Shown: piece after piece, positions 1 through 12,642 of the stretch
How the letters are laid out: each line of letters opens with the position of its first letter
How positions within the stretch are numbered: the first letter of the stretch is position 1
Source: Paragordius varius
Taxonomy: Eukaryota > Animalia > Nematomorpha
Assembly (NCBI GenBank): GCA_964247055.1
Contig: OZ176052.1
Coordinates: forward strand, 7,440,001-7,504,000
Direction of reading: 5' to 3'
Length of the DNA stretch: 64,000 nucleotides
Notes under the pieces: model-generated
What the model was told of the DNA's origin: nothing
The model's input: only the letters and a program-made list of their open reading frames with translations
The model's database searches: none
Program-made: the position numbers and the translations under genes

Positions 1-3000
1 AAAAAACAAGTCCTACATCATCAAATATCGTTGGCATGTCAAGTGACGGGAAACCCCGCACCCAATATAATATGGTTAAAGAATGGACTTGAATTACACG
101 TGTATCGCATTGACCAAAATAATAATAATTACTCCGGCATAATAAACTCATCCAAATATGTTTCCTTTGAGGATATATCTAATTCCTTATCCGTCCTTTA
201 TGTTAATCATATTGATGTCCATGATTCTGGTATTTATACGTGTCGGGCTAGCAATACAGAAGATTCAATTGATGCCACTGCTATGGTTAAAATATTTACG
301 GCTCCCGTGTTATTGCACAAGCCACCAAATATTATTACCCTTGGGCCCAAAGAAGACGCCCTCCTGAATTGTATAGCGATTGGAAACCCTAGACCTCAAA
401 TAACGTGGTATAAGAATGGGAAATCTATAATGTCTTTAGTGTCGGACACTACTGATGTTATTAGAGAATCAAAAAACGATGTAAACATTGATAATAGGAT
501 AAATCCATTTTACTTGACGCAATACTATCAACAAATGTTTGCATTTCACTTCAATGATACCATTTTAGCCGGTATAAATTATTTGATAGAGCACACGGTT
601 AGCAGTCGATTACATATTTTGGGTGCTGTGCCGAACGATGCAGGTATCTATCAATGTATGGTGCATGATAAAAGAGATGACAGATATACAATTGAAGATT
701 CTATCATTTTCAGAGATCAAGCATTGACACACGTTGTATATAAAATTAACGCAAATGTAACACGCGCTAACGAACTTAAATCTTATAATGGGCCTCTAAT
801 GTCTTTACATAGAGTAGTTAACCATAATACACCGATTCTAACTCTGTTAAAATCAACTAGCGATACTGTTTTGTTACAATGGTCTGTACCCCTTTTCATC
901 CAAAATCTTTGTATATCATACGGCAGAGTGGGTAGTTCCAGTAACACTTTGAAATCCATTGCAAATCACACTGAATTGAGCGGACAAGTTTGGATAAAAC
1001 ATTTGGAACCTGATACGGAATATTCTTTTCAACTTTCAAGTATGAATGAAAAGTCTGAAAAATTGTTGTTGATGAACCTTAATACCACACGGGTATTCAT
1101 TAAAACACCAAAGCTTATCAGCAATCTTGTTTCTCATTCACCATCTTCATTACCTACTTTTGTTGATGAGCAACCAATCCCTACCAATCTAAAGGCGTGG
1201 CCAACATCCAGTACATCAATTAAAATTACTTGGGAACCACCAGTAATGTCAAACGCCCCGGATGAACAAAAATATATTTACACAGTTTACATAAAAAAGT
1301 TGGGAAGTGCCCTGGCTTACTATTACTTTTTATCCATGAATAAGCGGAAAATGTTGATGCAAAAATACCAACAGCACCTTCAACAACGGTATGGCCATGG
1401 AAATTTTGAGACACGAAAAATATTTGATGCTCTTGAAAGCAGTAGCGGTTCTTCTATCAAAAAAGAATATCGATATAAACGGACATCATATGACCTGTTA
1501 TACAATCAAAATCGAGGCGAAGGCGGACAATTGGCTTCCATTGATACAGACAATGGCCAAATAAATCATTTTCCCCTAATGGGGTCTCCTCCTTCAAACC
1601 CTACGCTCGATTATTTTGATGCTACGCCTAACCGTTTTGGTACATCTGGGGAAAACGTTAACTATTATGACGGTGGGGAGGAGTTACTGAATGGCGGTGA
1701 GAATGGAAATTCTCTAAATCCAGCCTCTGCGATACGTGATCCCACCACTGAACATCCCTCTCTACCTTTGGGAGAGTCGTCTTTTGATGCCGAAGAAGAA
1801 ATGATTAATGTACGAGCTTTGTGGTATCATCCGATGAATCTTGTTCCCTTCTCATACTATTCTGTTCGCGTTGAAGCACACATTTTGGATCCTTACTATG
1901 GGAATAGGTTTTACACACCTCCTTTTACTAGTTCAAATTACCAATCTGATATCACTTCTATTCGTTCGAAACATAAACAGGCCAAGGTTATTGTTCGCAC
2001 ACTGTCTGATGTACCAGGAGCTCCGCCAAACAATATAACTATAACTGCATTAACGGCTACTAGAGCGCTTGTTCGATGGCTCCCACCATCCATAAATCAG
2101 TTGAATGGCATTCTCACCGGTTATAAAGTTCGCTACAAGAATTTGCAAAATGGCGCTGATCGTGGCGTACATACCACAGATGCCCGGGAAAATAATATCC
2201 TGTTAAATGAATTAAAACCTGGTCAGAGATATAGTATACGTGTAAGCGCCATAACTATCAACGGTTCTGGGGTGCCTTCAGATTGGTTACATGTGACTAT
2301 GCCACTAATTGATTTAGATGAATCACGTGCTCCAGACTCCCCTTCATCCCTTACACTCACGCCCGTGAAGAGTGGGACAAACATCATTGTTTCCTGGACA
2401 CATTCATCTAATCGCCATATCTTGGTGCGTGGGTATACCCTAGGGTATGGCATTGGAGTTCCCGATATATTTTCACGTGTTTTGCCGCCAACATCTACTA
2501 ATTTTACCCTTGTGGATTTACAACCCAATTCGGAATACGTTGTTAGCTTACGGGCATTTAACAATCAGGGGAATGGGCAAGAGAGGCTTGAAACAGTTAA
2601 GACATTTTCCAGACACAGGAAAACAGACAACACCTTTGATCAAGACCTCAAAAACCTGTATGAAAATTCGAGAGCAATGGAAGAAGATATTTTATTGCCT
2701 CCAATCGGGGTAAAAGCTTTAACGATTAGTGATGCCTCTATTGAGATTTCGTGGTCGGACGCAGAATCACATATTTCCTCGGAAAATAATGCTATAACAA
2801 TAGTATATACAGTTAAATATAACCAAGTAATGCCATCTTTGACGCTTAGTTATTTGGAGGACACGTTTAACCTACAAAATCGACACAGGGTAAATATGGT
2901 AAATGTTACAAATCAAAATTTTGTGATTGTAGATGATCTTAAACCCAACACACAATATGAATTTGCCGTTAAAATGACTTTGGTTGAAGCTTTTGTATCG

Positions 3001-6000
3001 CCTCACACCTATCCAAATGATGGCACAAATGCCGACACGAAAATCAAACAAAGCACATGGAGTTTGTCAACTTTTAATACTACAAGCGAGGCTGCTCCAA
3101 CCTCTCCTCCACGAGACTTGACCATTTTTGGCTTAGATGATGACGAAACTGATCAATTATTAACTAATGATAATCATAACAAATATATGGTATCAACTGA
3201 ATATCATACAACATCTAGCCATATCACATCCATTTATAATAAAATTCATTATAATAGCCAAAGAAAACGTACATATAAGTGTTGTGGCGTATTCGTTAAT
3301 TGGCAACCACCTAAACTCTCAAACGGTAAAATTACGGGTTACATTATATATTATACCACGCAAGCTAATAGACCTGACAGAGATTGGGCAGTTGAAAGTG
3401 TTAAAGGTCATCAACTCACATCATTCATAAATGATTTAACACCCGATACATCATACCATTTCAAGATATTGGCTGTAAACTCGAAAGGATACGGACCACT
3501 TTCTCCAGTAGTATATTATAAAACTCCCAAGGCGAGGAGAATTATTCAAACCAAAAAATTTAATAAACCGTCTGCCGGTTCTTTTATTGTTAAAAATAAA
3601 AATTCTATTACATTCAACGATATTAATGACAATTCTTTGGGCCAAAGTTATCAGGCTCCAACCAAGTATTCATTTTTCAATAATCCAGCCAATAACTTTG
3701 TATTATACCTTGTTTGTGGAGTTATTGGAATTGTTCTTTTACTAATATTGTTGATTGGGATATTGTTAACTGTAATCAAGAAACGAAAAACTAAAGCTCA
3801 ACGTGACTCTTACTCTAAAAGTGCTGAAAGTACAAATTTATATTCGATAGACGGGAGTAATACGTTAAAACAACCCTTACCCAAAAACTTATTAGGGGCC
3901 CCAACAAACGATTATTACTATGGTGCATCAACCATTACTGGTGTGTACGATGATTATGAAATTGAAAATCAAACAATCAAATCCGCTTCGCATTCTGAAA
4001 ACAGGTATGTTAAACAAGTTTTTTAACAAATAAAAGGACATAATTTTACATTTAATTATGTTTTAGGCCAAATGTACCAAAACGAAGATTCGATACCCGG
4101 GAAAATGAACAGAGATCTCTTTGCTCGACCACAAACAATTCTAAACTCCGTTCTTCCAGTCCAGCCACGGGTTCTATCCAACAGGGCTATCAACACGAAT
4201 CTAATAGCATATCTACCAATACACAATCCTCACGGCATCCTTTACTTTCAAAAGCTAACAATAATAATAGGACAGACGAGCACATGAGAAAGGATGCGTT
4301 TGCTAACATCAACCCAACCCATAAATTATTTTCAAAACTAAACACTTTGGGACAATATCTGTCATCTCAAAATAATACCACTCAAAGTCCCAACAATCTG
4401 AACGGTATAAGCGGGGGTGGAAGTTTACGATTGCACAATCACAATACCGGTAAAATGATTAGAGATAAGAGATTTTTAACAAATTTTTCTGGCAACCAAG
4501 GGGATGTCGATATTATTAGTCCAACTTGTGGCGAGGATTTAACTCCCAATCTTCATAATGAGTCACTAACGCTTTCACGCCTACACGAAAGTATAGATGA
4601 GTTGTATAGCCATCAAAATGGCACCAATAAAAATAACCACAAACTCTCAAACAACAACCATAATAATAATAATAAAGGTATAGCTGTAAGACCACCTTCT
4701 CTCCTATTTTTTCGGACAGATTCCCGTGGTTGTTTGTTTGATCAATTAGATTCAGTTTCGACTGCTGCTATGAATAATGGTGTTGGTTTAGAAAACTCAA
4801 AAAATAGCGCAATACCAAATCAACATGAACATCATGGCCATAATTGTGAATGGCACCACAGAGGGAATGAAAAGACTAATCTAACATGTTGTTGTACCAA
4901 TGGTAAAAATATTACCTAAAAGAATATTTTTTTGGTCCAAGTTTCTATTATGTGGACAAAATATAGAAAATTTACTGATTTACATATTCAAATTTTGTTT
5001 TATAGATAACCAAAAATCGCTATCGAATTATCAGCCACCGTCATACGTTAAAAGTGATGGTAGTACTTGTTATTGTGAAAGTTCGATTACCAATAGTGCA
5101 TGTTGTTGTCCCGCTAGCCATCCTAATGATGTAAACTTTAACAAAGAAAAAAATCAACAATGTTGCAATTTAGTTCCCAAAAATATGGAAAACAATAATT
5201 CTGATACCTTGGGTAGGAATACATTATATAGCATACGTATGGAATTGATATATAATTTTAATTTTGCAATTGCGGGTATTTTTATTTTTGCGAAATAAAT
5301 TTTTTTAATTGTTATTACAGGTTTAAGTTTATTATGGTATTAAGTTTTATTCTCTTTACATTATTAAATAGGCAGGAAATTTCAAGATTATTCAAAATCA
5401 ACTAACACAAATCCAAAGGGAGTACATTGTTCCACATGCAATTATCATTCAGTTAAAAATGACGAATCCCTTGTCTATTATTCTCACAATAATCATGCAT
5501 CAAACTGTTTAAGGTACTTGTTAACAATAATTATCAAAATAGCGATGTTATTAGAAAACGGTATCAGAATCCTACAATGCATCTATTAATTATCACATGT
5601 ATAATATACAATGACAAAATAGTTTACCTTATCTAAACAATTAAGGATAATTATTTTACGTTATCACCCAAATTAACTGTTAGTTTGGTTTGATTATATT
5701 GAATCTCGAAATATAAAATTATTGAGCAGCCTAGGATTTTATGTTCAAAAGTTTTACTTTAATTTCTATAGCTGTATAAATCAATTTTGATACAAAATTA
5801 GTCATGCTTGTGAACAACATCAAACAGGAAACGTTAATAGCTGTGATCGCACCCTTGTAAATGGTAATAATATAGGACCGCCTACGAATCAATCTCATTC
5901 AGATTATGCCAGTGGAACTGAATCTTGGAGTCTTGTGGGCGCATCGATTAACACAAATTCTCAACAAAATTCGGAATATTTTAGGACGGTTTCTCATGAA

Positions 6001-8691
6001 TGCTCTAACAATGGACATGCCTTACCGACAAAATTTTATTGTCCTTCACAATCCAATATTTGTAACAACAAAATTAATACTTGTAATAATAGTGCTAAAT
6101 GCATGGATAATGTTTGTAATAATTGTTGTGAAAGGATGGGAGAAAGGCATGAAGGTATTATTGTTTATCACATATAAAGAGTATGCCCTTTGTGTTTCGT
6201 TATATATTTCGGAATTTTTATTGATGTTTTAAATCGTTTATTGGAGTAATCGCTTTTGAACCCTATGTAACCTAGCCCGATTATAAATTTAATTGTATAA
6301 TATGTAATTTCGAAACCCAGCCATTAGGTATAAATAAATATTTTTGACTTTTTGGGCTTTAATATATAGGAGGTGGTGCCTACCAAAGGTCTGCCGCTAT
6401 AACTAAGTTGCAGTATATTAGAATTATTTTAGCATAAAAACTTAAATAAGTGTTTTTATTGGTTTATTTGGAAATAGAGGTTGTTGTCATACAAGAATTG
6501 AGCACTTGACACCACACATGTTTGTTGCTATAGTCACTTTATTTTTCCAATGTTATATCAATTTTTATTATCGTGAACATTTTGTAAAAAAGGGTTCTTA
6601 TATGCTACTTATTGCTTTATAATCTCGTTTTTTAGATCATTTGTGTAACATGGAACTTAAATCTATTACCAGTTCATCAAATCAATCCAAATGTGGACAT
6701 CACAAACACACTTGTTTGTGTGAGCATTCACCTAATCATACAAATCTTTTAACCAAAAGTCCGGCCACACGTTTTAAATACAAAAGTAGGTAGTTTTAAG
6801 GTCATTTATTAAAAAGTTAGCCAACACACTATTACTCTTTTTGTGAAAAAATGAATTATAACTTTTTTGTGCAATATTCTGTTGATCTTTTATTATGGCG
6901 CAATTAACGTAAAAAACTTGTTTGCAGATATATATCTATGTGCATTTTACGCCTAAAAATAATATTTTTTGAGATTATAACATAAAAAATAGTTTATTTT
7001 CGATTCGGTGCTTTTTGTCAAATAAATGTTTGATTGTATTTAAAATATATTTTTATTTCCGTAGATCGAATATGTTACGATTCCACCGTTGATGATACAG
7101 AAAGTTCAATTTTACTTCCGCCATTTTTACCGCCCCCTCCATCATTGCTCACGCCTTTAGTCCTACCAAAGGGTAATGAACAGTTAAATTAAAATAAACA
7201 TAAAAACTAAAAGACAAATATTTTTTTGAAAAAAAAAGATTGTCATACTTATAATAAACCTTGAATTTTTGAGTAACCTGAACAATGATTGTTTAAAAGA
7301 TAAATAAGCGTGTTATCAATTCACATTTCATTGTTTGGCCACCCAATATCGATATAAAAACAAGTTTTAAAAAAGTATGGGTGTATTTTAGAAATGTGCT
7401 TTTTGGTTTTACCTCTTGCATTTATAAACTTCAACATTTATTTTTGTAAAAACAAAGCTTTTACATTTGCTATACAGTAAAGTGCCATATTATTCGATAC
7501 AATAATATTTTGATTAGGCGCAAACTGCATAGTTTGTGCATAATGTCTGTATTTTAAGAACGTACTAACATTTAAATTTTTCTTTATGCGCCATAATAAA
7601 AAACTTTCATAACCAAAAATGTATTTACACTTTTTATGAAAAAAAATTTATTATCTTAACTCATCTAAATAAGCTTTATAAAAAATATTTTTTTGAGGTC
7701 ATTGTAATAAGGCTATATTTCTTTTACAGATCCTCAACAATCAAAATCCCCCAAATTAAACGAAAACGGTATTTTTTATCATTATTTTTGAAAAGTTTTT
7801 ACACTGTTTAAATTAAAATTAGCCAAAATCTTTTTACTTATATATTTTATTAAATTGAAATAGGGAATTGTCGTAAACAAACATTCCTTCCCATGAAAAG
7901 TTTTCAAATGCCTTTGCCACCTTCACCTCTCCTCAAAAAATCCACACAAGGTATTGTTTTTTCAAAATATTTTTTACGATTCGGAGATATTCATTTTGGT
8001 TTTTTTTTCTATTATATTGTTTTAATAGTAATATTGCATGGTATTTCCAGTAAGAAACGGTTTAATCAATTTTAAAGTGGCCTTTCGATAATATTCTTTA
8101 TATAATTTATTTATTGTTTCAATTTGAACAGATGTTTCCAAAAAAGGCAAACCTTCGAATTCTGATATTATGACAATGTTAAAGGTATTATTTAAATTTT
8201 AATAGTAATCATTCCTTTTTACAATATTTTTTTATTTTTTGTCTAATTTCATTAAAAACTGAGTCTAAATTTATACCTCCTTCTATATTTATAATTGGGA
8301 TGTTTTTATATAGTTTGATTTTGTTATTAATATAGTCAATTCAAAAAAAAATAACGAATTTTAAAGGATTAAATAAGTTTAATCATTGAAAGGATTAAAA
8401 GTTTATATGGGTTTAGAAGGTTCAATCATCTAAGTTTTAAATATACCCTTTTTTAACTCGACTTAGGGTTTTTAAAAAAATAACCATTTTCTACATTCAT
8501 TAGATTTATATTTGATTAGTTAAAAATTAAAAAGATATTTAAACACAAATAACTCTAGGTGGTTATAAATTATTATTGTTCCATTTAGGATCTTTTTATT
8601 ATATTTATAAAAATGTTTTTTTTACTAGAGCAATGAAGAATTGAATGCTGAAATGAAAAATTTGGATGAAATGATTAATGGAATCAAATGA
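1..8691 (+). CDS. DCC/NEO1: Netrin receptor of the DCC/neogenin/frazzled family, 5'-truncated by the window edge
   Basis: Frame is open from base 1 and encodes two Ig domains, six FNIII repeats and a TM helix (~3700-3777). Phase-consistent GT-AG exons: <1-4004, 4067-4902, 5006-5212, 5372-5513, 5802-6154, 7065-7172, 7730-7768, 7864-7950, 8132-8184, 8629-8691. The last exon SNEELNAEMKNLDEMINGIK* matches the C-terminal P3 motif of DCC/frazzled. The small internal cytoplasmic exons are less certain. Confidence 0.92.
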
Positions 8692-10312
8692 TGCATACTT
8701 TTGCAAATTTTGCATTTATATTAAATATGCTCGTGTCTATAATACGCATTTATATCATTGATAATCTCAAATTTTTATTAAAATCTGTATAAATATCATA
8801 CAATCCTCATTTAATGTGCAATTTTTATATGAAAGAACTTCCACATTCATTTATTAAATACAATTTTAACTAGATTTTTAATTAAGGCTGTGTTACCAAA
8901 ATATTGATCATTAGTTATAGTCCTTATAATGATACTATTGTAAAAAGTGATATAAATAAATTATTAATTAATAATTTCGTAACTATTCTATCTGATATAT
9001 TATAAATAAATATTTGCAGATTGAGTTGTAAAATTTAAAAGTTTTTAAATGCTTTAGGAACAAAACTCTATAAGAAGATTGCATCTATATTAAACTTTAC
9101 CCCGGATTTATTGATTTTTTTGGCCACGCAGATTTTTATGTGTATTTAGCATTTTCAATGCGTTGAATGCAATAGATGAAATTTTAATCAGAGTTTTGAT
9201 TTGTTAGGCATATTTCAAATGAGTACCAAATTTATTGTTAAAATTTACGTTTCATATTATTTTTACAAGTGAGCTTACATGGAAAATCGTTATCCTCAAA
9301 CGGTCAAATGATTTTAATAAATTCTGGGATCTTATGACTTCACTTTAAAAAAATGGCCAACCTTTTATTAAAATGTGAGATGTTAACTTTATAGGATGAA
9401 AGGCTAATATTTTTGAATTCTGGGTTTAGGAAAAACTTTTTAATAAAATGGCTAACAAAATTTCCAAGACTACGATTCTTAATAAAATCAACCTTCTTTG
9501 CTTGGCATCTTCATAAGCACCATACTTATTTCAAGGTAAAGTTTGATGAAGGTCGGTGGTATACGTAAAAGGGCCGAAGGATAGATGGATGGAAAATAAT
9601 CGAACTTATCTATCGATAAAATCTAAAACTATAGGCATCACGATGATTAACTTCTGATACAATAATCCATGTTTATGATTATTTGGTCGTTTAAATTTAG
9701 GAAAAAACTTACTCAATTTTTAAAAAACTTCTATAAGCAATAATATGGCTCTTATCGTATTTAAATATGATATCCACTGGAACCCTAAAATTAATTCTAG
9801 AACAGTTTTAGAGAATATGTTTATTATGTTATGGGCTAATTTTTATATAATATAAGCTAACACTGTATTAACGCTAAACAAATTATATATTAAAAATCAA
9901 TTATTTCTCAGGGATTAGGACCAAAAATGTTTTTTTGCCTATTGGTTCCACATATTTTTTAAAAAATATCGACTGACGGCTACGTTTATAATTTTATAAA
10001 AAAACTTTGTTTCCGGTTCATCTTTTGTTTAAGTAAACGTTTCTTATTTTGTTACAGTAGTAAATTTGTTTTATGTTAAAACATTCTTAAAGAATAGGTT
10101 AATGCTCGTATTATTGCAAAAAAATTTTAAATTTATTAAGGATTTTTTGATGCTGTCAAAAAGGATTGGGTAAATTAAAATTAATGCTTTATCACTGTAA
10201 AAGTTAAATTAAAATGAATTGAGGATTTTTTAATACAGTAAAAATATGTTAGGTTAAAATTAATAATATTGAAGATGGCCATGTGTAAAGATATAATAAA
10301 ATCTAAAAAATG

Positions 10313-10384
10313 TGCGTTAGCCGGGACTCGAACCCGGATCTGCTGCTTGGAAGGCAGCAATGCTAACCCTTATACCACTAACGC
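10313..10384 (-). tRNA. tRNA-Gly(TCC)
   Basis: Reverse complement GCGTTAGTGGTATAAGGGTTAGCATTGCTGCCTTCCAAGCAGCAGATCCGGGTTCGAGTCCCGGCTAACGCA: 7-bp acceptor stem, anticodon arm GCTGC-CTTCCAA-GCAGC, T-loop GTTCGAG. Confidence 0.97.
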
Positions 10385-10408
10385 TTGGTAAACAGGGAAG
10401 AATAATCT

Positions 10409-10418
10409 TATATAAAAG
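10409..10418 (-). promoter_or_regulatory. TATA-like element about 25-34 bp upstream of the tRNA gene
   Basis: TATATAA-type sequence at the distance typical of Pol III upstream TATA elements; common by chance in AT-rich DNA. Confidence 0.35.
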
Positions 10419-12642
10419 ATTTAATAGCAACAATATTATGGCCGACATCCAATGGTATTCTTTTAGTGGAAGGAAAATTGTTTATTTACTAAGTAGCACA
10501 CCTGAATTGTGTAAAGTTTGAGGCGTCAGAATGGCATGTGGTCACATGGGGATTCGGACAAACTTTAGCGCTAAAATTAAAACCAAATTTTACGGGCACA
10601 GAAGCGTGAGTCTCCTACACTCTTTTCTAGTACCGCTTGATGAGGATCTTTTAAATATACAAAAAGTTCTTTAAGATAAGTGAATAAACACTATCTAGCT
10701 TAACATTTTTTCGGCCACTTCAATAGTATGGTTAAAAATTTTTATTTTGAAAACCTTAATTATGCAAAAATCTTATCTTGTGAAAGTTACGACTCCTGAT
10801 CAGTGTGGATAAATGCCCCATCAGTTTTGGAATAAGACTGTGCCCTCTAATTTTGTCGCACATAATATACCGGAGTACTAATCTAAAAATTTATAGGTTG
10901 GCAAAAGGTCTCAATTTCCATAGTGAAATCTGCATAATATCAATACTCCTCTGTCATTGAATGTATCAAAATTAAAAGCTTAAAAAATACAGGGTTGTTA
11001 GAACCTAGTTGATACAACGCGTCAATATATCGGCTTGCTTTTAAAGATCGGATTCTAATTTTAATTTTGCTAAAAATATACCGAATTGTTGAAAATTTAA
11101 AAAATCGATTTTAAATCTAAATATAAATGCGTTGCAAAAGAAATATGTTTTCTCTGACCTCCCAATTTCAAAAATAAGGATGCTTATAAAAATATTATCA
11201 ATTTTTTGGCGCCAAACTTTATTTTTTTAGTTTTAAATTAAAAACCCATTACCATTATATGTTTGATTTTCTATCAATTTTTTGGTTGCAAAAAATTCCG
11301 GAAAATTTAAAATATGCCAAATAAAATCAATTTCTATAAATTTTAGAATTATTCCATTAAAAGTTTTAATCAATATTATATACTAATATTTATTTTTTCC
11401 TTTAAATATAGTTTTTTAGAATTATGTTGACTTACCAAATATATCGCTATTCATGACCTTTTCATTTTTTTGACCGCGAATGGAATAGTTTTATACCCAA
11501 TGTTTGATCGTGTAAATAAACTTCTTTGAAAGTTATTTTAATTAAACTAGAATCTAACATCGTTTTCCTGTATCATAAATCCAGTTTTGTGACTTCTAGA
11601 GTCTAAAATTGGGACAGCCTCAAAACATGATTGACTAAACAGATTTTAAATACAATAAACATTTTGATGGGAAAATCAACTTAAAAGCTAATTAAAATAA
11701 TTTATTTACATTTTCTAATATTGGCCATTTTAAAAAAGAAAAAAAATGGCGGTGAAAAAGTTTGAGATTACAATTTTTTTGAAAAATTTTATTATGCGCC
11801 CAAAAGGCTAAAGAAAGCATATTTTTAAATTCGGCCAAACACCTTAAATACTTTTTAGATATTCAAATTAAGCTCTGGGAGATAAAACTACCCCAAAGAA
11901 GTGTCAATCCATAATCACCATTGATTATTCCACAAAGGGTTAAATCGTTTATGGATAGTTTAGATAGTAAACATAATTTTATATACTAGGTAGTTGTTAA
12001 ACAACATTTCAATAAACTTTAAAATTTCGGTAACGAAATAATAATTGGTAAAAAAAATAGTTATTACCTCGTATATTTTTTCGTCTCATGTAAAATCTAA
12101 ATTTATCAATGGCCATGACTCATAAAGCCATTTGTGTTAGGCATCCCTACTTTAATATGTAGAAGTTACAAAAATATAAGAGAAATTTTTTTTCGATCAA
12201 TATGGAAATAGATACTTAACTTGGTTGAATTTTATCCACAATGATCTAATCTCATTATCCCTACATCCCGAGGATGTTCATGACAAAGAACTATACTGCG
12301 CCAGCATTTAAACATTGTTCCGAGATTGGAAAAAAATATGCTTAAAATGATAATCAGTTGTTTTTAAAATATATTTTGTAATATCTATTATAATATTTTG
12401 GTCTCTAAAACTTTTATTTAATTAAATTTTTTGCAGGCGCTCTCGCGCCTTTTTGATATAGACCAATTACCACAAAAATAGAATTGACTTTATTAATAAG
12501 CCCCACAACCGCGAGCACCATAAGAATTCTGATCCATTTTTATATCAGAATATATATTTTTTATTAGGATATGCTACGCACTGTGTTGTTATGAGACACC
12601 AATAAATAATTTACATATTCTAACTTATTTATTGCACATAAA

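Noticed and set aside
158-3645. Short ORF-track entries overlapping the netrin receptor exon (e.g. 2223-2564 minus), and similar ones within V2
   Set aside because: Shadow or antisense frames of a real CDS with no recognisable motifs.
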